A stretch of 64,000 nucleotides of DNA. Origin: an uncultured Verrucomicrobiae bacterium (GTDB lineage Bacteria; Verrucomicrobiota; Verrucomicrobiia; Chthoniobacterales; JAFAMB01). The position numbers and the translations under genes are program-made. A model generated the notes under the pieces. It worked only from the letters and a program-made list of their open reading frames with translations. It was not told the origin of the DNA and did not search any database. The DNA lies in contig CAWIPH010000002.1 in the NCBI GenBank assembly GCA_963837955.1, positions 2,400,001 to 2,464,000 on the forward strand, written 5' to 3'. This document shows, piece after piece, positions 1 through 10,233 of the stretch (the first letter of the stretch is position 1; every line of letters begins with the position of its first letter).

Positions 1-1
1 T

Positions 2-346
2 GTCAAACCCGTGCCGTATCCAATTCCAAAGGATGGGCCGGCCGGCCTGATCTTGGACGGTGCACAACGCCACAATATGCGCGCCGCTCATATTCACCTG
101 ATTATTGAAGCGCCTGGCTACGAAAAGGTAATCAGCGAATTATTCGTGGCTGGCGACCCTTACATTAACAGCGATGCGGTATTCGGCGTGAAGGATTCCC
201 TCACCGTGGAATTTGTGCTTCATGAATCGCCAGAGGATGCGGAGAAGTACGGGCGATCGATTCCATTTTATACGGTCGATTATGATTTCGTCCTGGTACC
301 CGGAGAGACCCGTAACCAAGTAGAGTTTTCGGCCGGACGCGCATGA
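2..346 (+). CDS. Intradiol ring-cleavage dioxygenase (catechol/hydroxyquinol 1,2-dioxygenase family), C-terminal part; 5' end outside window
   Basis: PYPIPxDGP, RHxMRxAHIH iron-ligand region and DPYINSDAVFGVKDSL motifs; frame open to the window edge. Confidence 0.88.
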   Translation, partial: VKPVPYPIPKDGPAGLILDGAQRHNMRAAHIHLIIEAPGYEKVISELFVAGDPYINSDAVFGVKDSLTVEFVLHESPEDAEKYGRSIPFYTVDYDFVLVPGETRNQVEFSAGRA

Positions 347-1229
347 GTGGTAGGCGTAGTAAACCGCAAAACAAAGGAGTGGCAAAAATCGTTCCACTGG
401 CAGACGCTGTTGCCGAATTGATTCATGACGGTGATCAGGTTGCTTGTGAAGGGTTTACTCACCTCATTCCGTTTGCGGCCGGTCACGAGATCATTCGGCA
501 ACAAAAAAGAATCTGACCCTCATTCGGATGACGCCAGATCTTATTTACGATCAGATGATCGGGATGGGGGTGGCGGCAAAGCTGATCTTCTCTTGGGGAG
601 GCAATCCAGGCGTCGGATCGCTGCATCGCCTGCGTGACGCGGTCGAACGGGAGTGGCCGCACCCCTTGGCCATCGAAGAGCTGAGCCACGCGGGTATGGT
701 TCAGGCATATTGCGCGGGAGCCGCCGGCTTGCCGTTCGGAATCCTGCGCGGATTCACTGGAACCGATCTGCCCAAGGTAAATGGCCGAATCAAATCGATC
801 ACCTGTCCCTTTACGGGCGAGTTGCTGGCGGTTGTTCCTGCAATTCGTCCCGATGTGGCGGTAATTCACGCGCAAAAAGCTGACCGGCGTGGGAACGTTT
901 TGATTTGGGGAATTGTTGGAGTGCAGAAAGAGGCGGTGCTGGCGGCGAAGCGCTCGATCGTAACGGTTGAAGAAATTGTGGACCAACTCGATGCACCATC
1001 GAATGCCTGCATCCTTCCAAGCTGGGTGGTCTCAGCTGTTTCTCTCACTCCGGGCGGTGCTTATCCGTCGTATGCGCAAGGTTACTACGAGCGAGATAAC
1101 AAGTTCTACCAGTCGTGGGATAATGTTAGTCGATCGAGAGAAAAGTTTCTTGCCTGGATGGAACTCAACGTCTCGAGCAAATCAGTAGACAAACACAGAT
1201 TTCCTAACAAAATCGAGGAGGTTGCATGA
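343..1229 (+). CDS. CoA-transferase subunit A (3-oxoadipate CoA-transferase, CatI/GctA-like), frameshifted in the A6 run at 503-508
   Basis: ATG at 343 overlaps the upstream TGA and reads LADAVAELIHDGDQVACEGFTHLIPFAAGHEIIRQ to a stop at 514. Adding one A joins it to ORF 528-1229 (RMTPDLIYDQMIG...WGGNPGVGSLHR). Confidence 0.85.
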
Positions 1230-2005
1230 CGCAGGACTATTCGGCAGACGAGATCATGACAATCTCGGCCGCGCGCATGCTCCAAAATGGTGCGGTCTGT
1301 TTTGTGGGAATTGGATTACCCTCCAAGGCGGCTAACCTTGCTCGATTAACCCACGCGCCGGAAATCGTTCTGATCTACGAATCGGGTCCGATTGGAGCTA
1401 AACCTACGATCCTGCCACTTTCCATTGGGGACGGTGAACTCTCGATGACCGCGGACACGACCGTATCAACAAGCGAGATCTTCACCTTTTGGCTGCAGGG
1501 TGGACGTATCGATGTCGGTTTCCTCGGTGCCGCGCAGATTGATCGTTTTGCCAATATCAATACTACCGTTATCGGCTCGTATGCCCGTCCAATCGTGCGA
1601 TTACCGGGCGCAGGCGGTGCTCCGGAAATCGCTAGTTCTGCCGGCGAAGTTCTCATTATTCTGAGGCAAACTCCAAAAGCATTCGTCAAGCTGTTGGATT
1701 TCACGACCTCGGTCGGTCACGGAGAGGGCGGCGATTACCGCAAGAAGATTGGTCTAGTGGGTAAAGGTCCGGTTGCCGTCATTAGCGATCTGGGAATTCT
1801 CGAACCGGATGGTGCTTCGAAAGAATTAACTCTGACCAGTCTGCATCCGGGCGTGACTATCGATGAGATTCGGTCAATGACCGGATGGGATCTGAAAATT
1901 TCGGAGAATATGCAAATGACTCCCGCTCCAACCGGAGACGAACTCGCCATTCTGCGGGAACTAGAACTGCGAACAGCTTCGGCTCATAAACTGGAATCTC
2001 TGTGA
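1226..2005 (+). CDS. CoA-transferase subunit B (CatJ/GctB-like)
   Basis: [14 protein letters not shown] (catalytic Glu region), [15 protein letters not shown] and [12 protein letters not shown] motifs; overlaps subunit A. Confidence 0.9.
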   Translation: MTQDYSADEIMTISAARMLQNGAVCFVGIGLPSKAANLARLTHAPEIVLIYESGPIGAKPTILPLSIGDGELSMTADTTVSTSEIFTFWLQGGRIDVGFLGAAQIDRFANINTTVIGSYARPIVRLPGAGGAPEIASSAGEVLIILRQTPKAFVKLLDFTTSVGHGEGGDYRKKIGLVGKGPVAVISDLGILEPDGASKELTLTSLHPGVTIDEIRSMTGWDLKISENMQMTPAPTGDELAILRELELRTASAHKLESL

Positions 2006-2109
2006 AGAGCAGTATGGATCGATTTTGGAGCAAAGGTTGTAAATCCTGTCGCTTGGTAATTTCGAGCCATCCGGATCTCAACGCCTGGACAATCAGCCCC
2101 CTGAACAAA

Positions 2110-3678
2110 ATGAAAAACGCAGCTATATCTGTTGAAGAACCAGTGACATCCCGGAAGGCATCGCTACCGTTGACCGGGAGTGAATACCTCGAAAGCCTAA
2201 ATGATGGCCGCGAGGTTTGGATATACGGAGAGAAAGTCAAGGACGTCACTAAGCATCCAGCATTCCGCAATTCGTGCAGGATGATCGCCCGGCTTTATGA
2301 TGCCCTCCATGATCCCTCGAAGAAAGACATCTTAACGATGGCGACCGACGACGGAGGGTTTACCCACCGTTTCTATCGCGCACCGAGAAATGTAGAAGAA
2401 CAAGTTGCCAGTCGGGATGCAATCGCAGAATGGGCTCGAATCACCTACGGTTGGATGGGCCGATCGCCTGATTACAAAGCCTCCTTTCTAGCGACTCTTG
2501 GGGCAAACAACGATTTCTACAAACCGTTTCACGAGAACGCCAAACGCTGGTACCACAAGGCGCAGGAGCGGACCTATTTCCTGAACCATGCCATCATTCA
2601 TCCACCTGTCGATCGCGACAAAGCGCCAGATGAAGTGGGTGATGTCTATGTTCACGTCGACGAAGAAACTGACGGTGGGCTTATTGTCAGTGGTGCAAAG
2701 GTGGTAGCGACCGGATCGGCGCTGACGCACTACAGCTTTGTGGCCCATCACGGCGCCGTTCCTCTGCAGACTAAAAAGTTTGCCATTGTATTTGCGATCC
2801 CGACTAATGCGCCTGGGTTAAAATTCGTCTGCCGCGGATCGTATGAATACGCGGCAAATGTGGTGGGAAGTCCATTTGACTATCCGCTCTCCAGCCGATT
2901 GGACGAGAATGATGCGATCCTCATTCTGGACCGGGCATTTGTTCCATGGGAAGACGTGTTTATCTACGGCGATGTAGAAACAGCTAACAACTTCTTTCCC
3001 AAGACCGGTTTCATTCCACGGTTTCTGATGCATGGATGCACGCGGCTGGCGGTCAAACTGGATTTCATTACCGGACTCTTACTGAAGGCGGTGGAGGCCA
3101 CCGGCTCGAAAGACTACCGGAGCGTCCAAGCCAATATTGGTGAAGTAATCGCATGGCGGAACTGTTTCTGGGGTTTGAGTGAAGCTATGGCGCGCAACGC
3201 GAAGCCGTGGACCGAAGGAACCGTCTTGCCAGATACAGCTGCAGCTCAGGCCTACCAAATTCTTTCGACCGAGGCCTATCCGGCGATCAGGCATCTGGTC
3301 GAGAAAACGGTCGCAAGCGGGCTGATCTATCTCAATTCGCACGCGTCGGATTTCAAGGTACCTGAACTCCGTGCATACCTCGATCGGTTTGTCAGAGGAT
3401 CAAACGGGTATTCGTCGGAGCAAAGGGTGAAATTGATGAAGTTGCTGTGGGATGCTGTTGGCAGCGAGTTCGGTTCTCGTCACGAACTTTACGAAGTAAA
3501 TTACACTGGCAACCATGAAGATATTCGGCGCCAAGCGCTCTCGTACCTGAACGCCAGCGGGATAGCTGATGAATTGAAGGCGTTTGCTGAATCGGCGATG
3601 GCGGAATATGACGTGAATGGGTGGACGGTTCCCGACCTAATCACTCCGACTGATGTCAATGTTATTGGGCGCAAATAG
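2110..3678 (+). CDS. Two-component flavin-dependent aromatic monooxygenase, oxygenase subunit (HpaB/PheA1 family)
   Basis: TGxEYLESLx[33 protein letters not shown] and GSRHELYE motifs; start placed at ATG 2110 (ORF track starts at 2002). Confidence 0.9.
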   Translation: MKNAAISVEEPVTSRKASLPLTGSEYLESLNDGREVWIYGEKVKDVTKHPAFRNSCRMIARLYDALHDPSKKDILTMATDDGGFTHRFYRAPRNVEEQVASRDAIAEWARITYGWMGRSPDYKASFLATLGANNDFYKPFHENAKRWYHKAQERTYFLNHAIIHPPVDRDKAPDEVGDVYVHVDEETDGGLIVSGAKVVATGSALTHYSFVAHHGAVPLQTKKFAIVFAIPTNAPGLKFVCRGSYEYAANVVGSPFDYPLSSRLDENDAILILDRAFVPWEDVFIYGDVETANNFFPKTGFIPRFLMHGCTRLAVKLDFITGLLLKAVEATGSKDYRSVQANIGEVIAWRNCFWGLSEAMARNAKPWTEGTVLPDTAAAQAYQILSTEAYPAIRHLVEKTVASGLIYLNSHASDFKVPELRAYLDRFVRGSNGYSSEQRVKLMKLLWDAVGSEFGSRHELYEVNYTGNHEDIRRQALSYLNASGIADELKAFAESAMAEYDVNGWTVPDLITPTDVNVIGRK

Positions 3679-3748
3679 TCCAGACACAATTGTACTGCAC
3701 TGTCATGGCTGCCGGTCTCATTCAGCCGGCAGGCTGTAGATTTCGATA

Positions 3749-4471
3749 ATGAGAGTTCTTCACAAGATAGAAGATCTGGCATCTGTTCCTGGACCGACGC
3801 ATCTCGCGATCGGTGTATTTGACGGAATACATTTGGGACACCAAGCGGTGATTGGCCGGACGGTTCGGAACGCCCGGCAGACCGGTGGAAGTGCAGTTGT
3901 GGTCACCTTCGATCCGCACCCTGTTCGGGTTCTGCGGCCCGAAAGAGCGCCGCGTCTCTTAATGACTTTGCCGCAGAAGAAACAGCTGCTCGAAGAGCTT
4001 GGCCTGGACGCCATGTTGACCATTGTTTTCACTCGTGAGTTTTCCAAAACAGCACCCGAAGTCTTCATTTGGCAATTGCACAATGCGGCGGATGGATTGC
4101 GCGAGATCTGTGTGGGTCAAGGCTGGCGCTTCGGCGCAAACCGGTCCGGAGAAATTTGTTTGCTCGAATCGGTTGCCCAGAGTCTCGGAATCAAATTAAA
4201 TGCCGTATCGCCGGTTCTGATCGACGGTCGAGCAGTGAGTAGCACACGCGTGCGAGCAGCTCTCGAACGTCGCGACTCGAGTGAAGTTTCACTGCTCCTC
4301 GGCAGGCCTTTTGCTCTCTGGGGTACCGTTCCGACCGCCAGCGATCTCGCTGCGCGGTTCCGCGTAGCTCCGAGGAATCCTTACGTAATCAACGCGCTCT
4401 GGGCCCAAGAGATCCATGACATGGAGAGTCGTGTAGAAGACGGCGTTGAGCTCTGCCCGATCGATTTTTGA
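3749..4471 (+). CDS. FAD synthetase (FMN adenylyltransferase domain of RibF) lacking a recognisable riboflavin kinase domain
   Basis: GVFDGIHLGH, TFDPHP and VSSTRVR motifs; no GFPTAN kinase motif after LLGRPF. Confidence 0.82.
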   Translation: MRVLHKIEDLASVPGPTHLAIGVFDGIHLGHQAVIGRTVRNARQTGGSAVVVTFDPHPVRVLRPERAPRLLMTLPQKKQLLEELGLDAMLTIVFTREFSKTAPEVFIWQLHNAADGLREICVGQGWRFGANRSGEICLLESVAQSLGIKLNAVSPVLIDGRAVSSTRVRAALERRDSSEVSLLLGRPFALWGTVPTASDLAARFRVAPRNPYVINALWAQEIHDMESRVEDGVELCPIDF

Positions 4472-4472
4472 T

Positions 4473-4958
4473 ATGTCTCATCTGGAACTAATCGTACCGC
4501 CGCTATTCAAAAGGACTTTAGCCCAGTGGGCGAGCGGCGTGACAGTGATCACTACCTTGCGAGAAGAAACAGCACACGGAATGACAGCGAGTTCGTTTAG
4601 TTCTCTTTCGCTGGAACCTCCCCTGGTCCTCGTTTCTGTGGATCAACGAGCTCGGCTACACCAGATATTGCCCGAAACCGGTCGATACGGAGTTAGCATT
4701 CTCGCCAAAGGCCAAGAAGCACTTTCCACACACTTTGCCGGCCGCCCCGCTGATAACTTAGAAATCCCGTGGGTGGAGGCCGAGGGCTTGCCATTTCTTG
4801 ACGGGGCTGTGGCCCACCTTGCGTGTGACGTATTTGACGCCCATCCGGCAGGCGACCACATTATTTACGTCGGCCGCATCAGCCATGCCCAAGTCTGGCC
4901 AGACCGTGAGCCGCTATTGTACCACAGCGGGAAGTACGCAACTCTCGGAGCCGCTTAA
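4473..4958 (+). CDS. Flavin reductase, HpaC-like partner of the monooxygenase
   Basis: ASGVTVIT, GMTASSFSSLSLEPPLV, AGDHxIYVG and PLLY motifs. Confidence 0.9.
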   Translation: MSHLELIVPPLFKRTLAQWASGVTVITTLREETAHGMTASSFSSLSLEPPLVLVSVDQRARLHQILPETGRYGVSILAKGQEALSTHFAGRPADNLEIPWVEAEGLPFLDGAVAHLACDVFDAHPAGDHIIYVGRISHAQVWPDREPLLYHSGKYATLGAA

Positions 4959-5091
4959 GCGACCAGAAGAATAAGTGCTCGACGCAGCAAATGAAATTTA
5001 TGACTACCCCGCAGAAAATCCCGAATCGAGCGTCGGCGAACCCGGGTTTGCCTGGACCGTTTAACAAAAGTCTCGACCTGACCAGGACAAA

Positions 5092-6297
5092 ATGAACGAA
5101 GTTTTTCTATGCGATGGGATTCGGACTCCATTCGGCCGTTACGGCGGTGCGTTATCTTCTATTAGGACCGACGATTTAGCTGCGATTCCGATTCGAGCGC
5201 TCATCGAACGAAATCCTAACGTTGACTGGTCGGCGGTAGATGACGTGATCTACGGTTGCGCCAATCAGGCCGGAGAAGACAATCGGAATGTCGGTCGAAT
5301 GGCTCTGTTGTTGGCCGGATTGCCAGAACAAGTATCGGGTACGACGGTCAATCGCCTGTGCGGTTCGAGTTTGGACGCCGTTGCGATAGCCGCCAGAGCC
5401 ATTAAATGCGGGGAGACTGATTTGATGATTGCGGGTGGCGTCGAAAGTATGTCGCGCGCCCCCTTTGTCCTGAGTAAAGCGGACACCCCGTTCAGCCGAA
5501 GCGCCGAAATTTATGACACCACGATTGGCTGGCGGTTCGTGAACCCCTTGATGCAAAAGCATTTTGGAATCGATTCTATGCCCGAGACAGCCGAGAATGT
5601 CGCCGAGCAATTCCGGGTTAGCCGGGAAGATCAAGATGCATTTGCCTTGAGAAGCCATCAGCGTTGGGCGGCAGCAAATCAAACAAAGTTCTTCGAACGA
5701 CAAATCGTTCCGGTTACCATCCCCCAGAAGAAAAGTGAGCCGAAGATCGTAACCAGTGATGAACATCCCAGAGCGGATACAACGCTTGAAGCACTGGCCA
5801 GGCTGCGGACGGTTGTGAAGGCGAACGGCACTGTCACCGCTGGGAATGCCTCTGGCATCAATGATGGAGCTGGGGCAGTCCTGTTGGCGTCAGAACGAGC
5901 CGTAACCAAGCATCGACTGACCCCACGAGCACGGGTGATGGCCGCTGCTACGGCAGGAGTTGCGCCTAGAATCATGGGCATTGCTCCAGGCCCGGCTACG
6001 CAGAAAGCTCTTGGACTAACGGGTCTGAAACTCTCCCAAATGGATGTCATCGAATTGAATGAAGCCTTCGCCGCTCAGGCGCTCGCCGTGACGCGCGAGT
6101 TCGGATTACCAGATGATGCTGCGCACGTTAATCCAAACGGGGGAGCAATTGCGATAGGCCATCCTCTCGGCGCAAGCGGTGTGCGCCTGGTAGTAACCGC
6201 GGTTAATCAACTGGAACGAATCGAAGGACGTTACGCTCTTTGCACGATGTGCATTGGGGTAGGACAAGGGATCGCAGTAATCCTTGAGAGATGCTAG
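5092..6297 (+). CDS. pcaF: 3-oxoadipyl-CoA thiolase
   Basis: RTPFGRYGGALS, GCANQAGEDNRNVGRM, NRLCGS, DTTIGWRFVNP, GHPLGASG and MCIGVGQG motifs; located in the aromatic operon. Confidence 0.9.
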   Translation: MNEVFLCDGIRTPFGRYGGALSSIRTDDLAAIPIRALIERNPNVDWSAVDDVIYGCANQAGEDNRNVGRMALLLAGLPEQVSGTTVNRLCGSSLDAVAIAARAIKCGETDLMIAGGVESMSRAPFVLSKADTPFSRSAEIYDTTIGWRFVNPLMQKHFGIDSMPETAENVAEQFRVSREDQDAFALRSHQRWAAANQTKFFERQIVPVTIPQKKSEPKIVTSDEHPRADTTLEALARLRTVVKANGTVTAGNASGINDGAGAVLLASERAVTKHRLTPRARVMAAATAGVAPRIMGIAPGPATQKALGLTGLKLSQMDVIELNEAFAAQALAVTREFGLPDDAAHVNPNGGAIAIGHPLGASGVRLVVTAVNQLERIEGRYALCTMCIGVGQGIAVILERC

Positions 6298-6403
6298 CAC
6301 CACGAATTCCGAACAGGAATCGGTAGCGGCGACTGTCCACCTAACTTGAACGCGTGCCGTTTTGCGGCACTTGCGCGCGAGAATTTTCATCCAATCACCA
6401 ATC

Positions 6404-6504
6404 CTAGGGCTTCACCCTAGGCTATCTTGAAGCGCGCCTTCCGCCTCCGCTAACGTATCCGCCACAATCTTTGCAACGCAGGCTACGGCGGACAAGTCGG
6501 CGCT
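6404..6504. repeat. Composite palindromic element; hairpin unit 6440-6496 inserted into a GCGCGCCT|TCGGCGCT palindrome
   Basis: TCCGCCTCCGCT...GGCTACGGCGGACAAG; the same ends recur elsewhere in the window. Confidence 0.65.
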
Positions 6505-6701
6505 GTGCTTTGTGATCTTTGCGTCCTTTCGCGGCTATCTTCATTCGGTACCGTTCGTGCCAATCTGGGGTCTCGAATATGAATCCGAGCGGCGCTCTGT
6601 TTGGCGTAGTGGTCTCTAATTAGTGATGGCCCGTAACAAAGAAGAACCTAATCTGCGAAATCTGTGTAATCTGTGGTTCGACTTTCTTAATCTAAGCTAA
6701 A

Positions 6702-7469
6702 ATGAAACTTGAAGGAAAAACTGCTCTCATTACCGGCGGAAGTCAGGGAATCGGCCAGGGAATCGCGTTCCGGCTGGCCGAAGAAGGTGCGGATATCGCG
6801 ATCGATTACGTCGGAAGCTCACAATCTGCGGATGCTACCGTCGCACAAATCCAGAAGCGCGGACGCCGGGCTTTGGCCGTTGAGGCCGATATCTCATCGG
6901 TGGACCAGATCCACGCTATGTTGAAGCAAGCGATCGATTTCTTCGGCGGTGTCGATATGCTGATAAATAATGCCGGCGTGGAAAAGCACGCCTCGATTTG
7001 GGAGGCGACCGAGCACGATTACGACCTGGTTCTCACGATCAATTTGAAAGGCGCTTTCTTCGCGAGCCAGGCTTTCGTCCAGCACAGAATGGCCGTCAAA
7101 AAACCGGGCAAAATCATCAACATCAGTTCAGTGCACGAAGAACTGCCTTTCCCGCATTTCACTTCGTATTGTGCCAGCAAAGGCGGGATGAAGATGATGA
7201 TGCGGAATCTCTCGATCGAGTTAGCGCCCTACGGGATCACTGTGAACAACATCGCCCCTGGTGCGATTGAGACTCCCATTAACACTGCGTTGCTTAACGA
7301 TCCGTCCAAGCTAAAGGCTCTCCTGGACAACATTCCGCTCGCCAGGCTAGGGCAAGTTAGCGATGTAGCCGGCGTCGCCGCTTTTTTGGCGTCGTCCGAC
7401 GCGGATTACATCACCGGCACCACCATCGTGGTGGATGGGGGATTGACCTGGAACTATAGCGAGCAGTAA
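6702..7469 (+). CDS. SDR oxidoreductase, glucose 1-dehydrogenase-like
   Basis: TGGSQGIG, NNAG, SSVHE, YCASK and PGAIETPIN motifs. Confidence 0.88.
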   Translation: MKLEGKTALITGGSQGIGQGIAFRLAEEGADIAIDYVGSSQSADATVAQIQKRGRRALAVEADISSVDQIHAMLKQAIDFFGGVDMLINNAGVEKHASIWEATEHDYDLVLTINLKGAFFASQAFVQHRMAVKKPGKIINISSVHEELPFPHFTSYCASKGGMKMMMRNLSIELAPYGITVNNIAPGAIETPINTALLNDPSKLKALLDNIPLARLGQVSDVAGVAAFLASSDADYITGTTIVVDGGLTWNYSEQ

Positions 7470-7487
7470 GGGGGCCTTGTCGATCTG

Positions 7488-8027
7488 ATGTCCAGTTTGG
7501 TCCGTCTCGCCGGGGAAGTTCCGCTCATCGAAACCGACCGCCTGAAAATGCGCGGCCATCGGCTTGAGGATTTCGACGATTGCGCCACGATGTGGGCTGA
7601 TCCCTGCGTGGTCCGGTACATCGGCGGCAAGCCATTCTCTAAGGAGGATGTTTGGTCGAAGTTGTTGCGTTACGCTGGGCATTGGTCGTTGATGGGCTTC
7701 GGCTATTGGGCGCTTGAGGAAAAGGCCACTGGCGGTTTTGTCGGCGAAGTTGGGTTCGCCGACTTCAAGCGAGACATAGAGCCATCCATTCAAGACTTAC
7801 CAGAACTTGGCTGGGTACTCGCCTCTCGAATGCATGGGAAAGGCTACGCGACGGAAGCTGTTCGTGCGGCCATTACTTGGGGCGAGGCGCACTTCGGGTC
7901 GGCCCGGACGGTCTGTTTGATCCATCCGGATAATCTTCCGTCCATTCGCGTCGCCGAGAAATGCGGGTATCAAGAATTCCAGCGAACAACGTACAAAAGC
8001 CAACCTACCATATTGTTTGCTCGGTGA
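7488..8027 (+). CDS. GNAT N-acetyltransferase (RimJ/RimL-like)
   Basis: IETDRL, ELGW, HGKGYATEA and NxxSxRVAEKCG motifs. Confidence 0.88.
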   Translation: MSSLVRLAGEVPLIETDRLKMRGHRLEDFDDCATMWADPCVVRYIGGKPFSKEDVWSKLLRYAGHWSLMGFGYWALEEKATGGFVGEVGFADFKRDIEPSIQDLPELGWVLASRMHGKGYATEAVRAAITWGEAHFGSARTVCLIHPDNLPSIRVAEKCGYQEFQRTTYKSQPTILFAR

Positions 8028-8146
8028 TGGGGTTGCTATCCGCTTCTAGTTGTCAGGACTGAGCAGAAGCATGGACGCGTGGCTACGCAGACTCATTCGT
8101 ATCGGCGGGCGTCTATTCACGATTCCAATGCAGCAAATGGCCTTCT

Positions 8147-9013
8147 ATGAATGTTCCCGGCGTGAGCACTGAACTAAACGCACACCAAGCAGCATTTCCA
8201 TTCCGGCTGGCCGCAATCGATCTGGACGGTACGCTGCTCGGGCCAGATAAAATCATCAGTCAGGGAAATATCGCAGCTGTCCAGCGTTTCCGGGAAAGTA
8301 ATGTCACGGTAATCATCGCATCCGGTCGGCGTCATCAGAATAGTATTCGGTTTCAACGTCAGCTCCACTTGGAAGGACCCATTATCGCTTGCCAGGGCGG
8401 CTTGATCCGGGACGGTGAGAGCGGGAACGTTATCGAAGCGCATTTCTTACCCCAGGCGGTGACACGCCAGATCATCGAAGAGGGCGAAAAAGATGACGTG
8501 CAGCTCATCTATTATCATCTCGATCACCTGTATGTATCCGAGCGACACACTCACTGGCTGGATCTTTATGAGTCCCGGGTCGGCGAAAGAGCGGAGGTTC
8601 TACCTGATCTTAACCAGCTCGACGGCCGGCGTGCTCTCAAGATTATTTGGTATGGTGATTCGGCAAAACTCGCGAGAATCCGCCCAGAGATTGCGGAACG
8701 TTATCGCGGGAAAGTCGATGTGCTTTCGACCGAGAAAGAGAATCTTGAGTTCATGCCGCGCGGGGTCAATAAGGCGACCGCTTTGGCGAAAGTTGCTTCC
8801 GAGTTTGATGTACCAGCGGAGCAGGTACTCGCCTTCGGCGACGGCGAAAACGATGTACCGATGCTTATCTGGGCAGGGATGGGGGTAGCGATGAGCCACG
8901 GAAGCCCGTTGGCCAAGAGCGCAGCGAAACTGGTTAGCCCGGACGGTCCGCCCGAGACCGCCTTTGCGCGATCGGTGGATGTCCTGTTCAATCGATACCA
9001 ATCTAAAATTTAG
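8147..9013 (+). CDS. Cof-type HAD-IIB hydrolase
   Basis: DLDGTLL, ASGR, VNKATAL and AFGDGENDVPM motifs. Confidence 0.9.
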   Translation: MNVPGVSTELNAHQAAFPFRLAAIDLDGTLLGPDKIISQGNIAAVQRFRESNVTVIIASGRRHQNSIRFQRQLHLEGPIIACQGGLIRDGESGNVIEAHFLPQAVTRQIIEEGEKDDVQLIYYHLDHLYVSERHTHWLDLYESRVGERAEVLPDLNQLDGRRALKIIWYGDSAKLARIRPEIAERYRGKVDVLSTEKENLEFMPRGVNKATALAKVASEFDVPAEQVLAFGDGENDVPMLIWAGMGVAMSHGSPLAKSAAKLVSPDGPPETAFARSVDVLFNRYQSKI

Positions 9014-9270
9014 AATCGAGAAACTGAGGGCGACAGGACACGGGATACGGCGTTGTCCCGCGATTTCGGGGCGAACCACACAAGCCCAATGAACCGCGAA
9101 TGGACACGAACGAAGACCAATGGCGACCGCGGAAAGTGATTCTGCCAGCCGATTGGGTCACACCCCTCTAATTGCAGCAGGGCATGGAATTCGATTGGAT
9201 CTCGCGGTAGCCATGCAGAACAAACGGGACGCCACGAGCCTCGCATAGATGTGCCCAAGGGATAAAGCAC

Positions 9271-9497
9271 TCTATCCCGGAGGGATGCAACGAAAGTAGC
9301 CCAGCAATTTATTGCTGGGTAAGGTTAAAAAACGTGTCCGTCCCGTAAGGGACGATCGACCTCCGCTTGGCTCGCAAACTCAGATTAGAGGCCAATAACC
9401 GAGCGTTTCGATCGTCCCGGTCGGGACGGGCCGTCCTTGCTTCAAATTCCCAGCAATAAATTGCTGGGCTACTTTCATTGCATCCCTCCGGGATAGA
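9271..9497. mobile_element. MITE/REPIN-like element with long imperfect terminal inverted repeats (copy 1)
   Basis: TCTATCCCGGAGGGATGCAACGAAAGTAGCCCAGCAATTTATTGCTGGG matches its reverse complement at the other end; inner GTCCC..GGGACGATCGA inverted pair; related to 42560-42792. Confidence 0.75.
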
Positions 9498-9584
9498 ATG
9501 CTTCGTCTTTCCGTCATGTCTTGGCGCTGGTTCCCATTATCTCCAATACAGGTCGCATTTTTGCGTGTCACCGAAATCAAAATC

Positions 9585-9752
9585 GAGGACAGCCTGCCCG
9601 CCATAGTCCCGGCTTCCGGATTTCGAGATAAGAGGGTACCGATTCCCCTGGGACGACGGCGTGACGACGAGGACAGCCTGCCCGCCATAGTCCCGACTGC
9701 TGGTTTCGAGATGAGAGGGTACCAGTTCCCGCGGGACGACGGCGGGAGGACG
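9585..9752. repeat. Two tandem copies of the CCTG(C/T)CCGCCATAGTCCC...GGGACGACGGCG hairpin element
   Basis: Copies start at 9593 and 9677 with similar loops; same family as 50817, 56213 and 58885. Confidence 0.7.
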
Positions 9753-9807
9753 AAACATCTGCCCCAACTCTCGGTTGAAATGCGGACTGCAGTGACGAGG
9801 ATACGGA

Positions 9808-10188
9808 ATGCTGCCGACCGAGTTGATCGAATATGAGAACGCTTCCCCGGAAGTCCGGAATGTCTACGACGACATCATGGCAACGCGCAAAGTAGACAAG
9901 GTTAACAATTTCTGGAAAGCCTTGGCAAACGATCCGGCTACTTTGCGCCGGACTTGGGAGAGCCTAAAACAAGTGATGGCGCCCGGTGCGCTTGACCCTT
10001 TGACCAAGGAGCTGATTTACGTCGCTGTGAGCGTCACTAACAATTGCACCTATTGTATCCACTCGCATACGAAGGCAGCTCGAAAAGCCGGAATGACGAA
10101 CGAAGCATTCGGCGAGCTGCTCGCCGTGATCGGTATGGCCAACGAGACGAATCGTCTGGTTAACGGCTATCAAGTACCGTTGGACTGA
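9808..10188 (+). CDS. Carboxymuconolactone decarboxylase / AhpD-like protein
   Basis: LDPLTKELIYVAVS and NNCTYCIHSH (CxxC) motifs. Confidence 0.85.
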   Translation: MLPTELIEYENASPEVRNVYDDIMATRKVDKVNNFWKALANDPATLRRTWESLKQVMAPGALDPLTKELIYVAVSVTNNCTYCIHSHTKAARKAGMTNEAFGELLAVIGMANETNRLVNGYQVPLD

Positions 10189-10201
10189 CGCTTCGCGATG
10201 A

Positions 10202-10229
10202 CCAATAGCCAATAGCCGATAGCCAATAG
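10202..10229. repeat. Heptamer tandem repeat CC(A/G)ATAG x4
   Basis: Direct reading: ccaatag ccaatag ccgatag ccaatag. Confidence 0.8.
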
Positions 10230-10233
10230 ACGA

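Noticed and set aside
503..509. AAAAAAG as a programmed -1 frameshift site
   Set aside because: The heptamer is not in the canonical A-AAA-AAG phase of the upstream frame (it reads CAA-AAA-AGA); a homopolymer error is simpler
9808..10188. pcaC belonging to the aromatic operon
   Set aside because: It has the CxxC AhpD-like signature and is separated from the operon by unrelated genes
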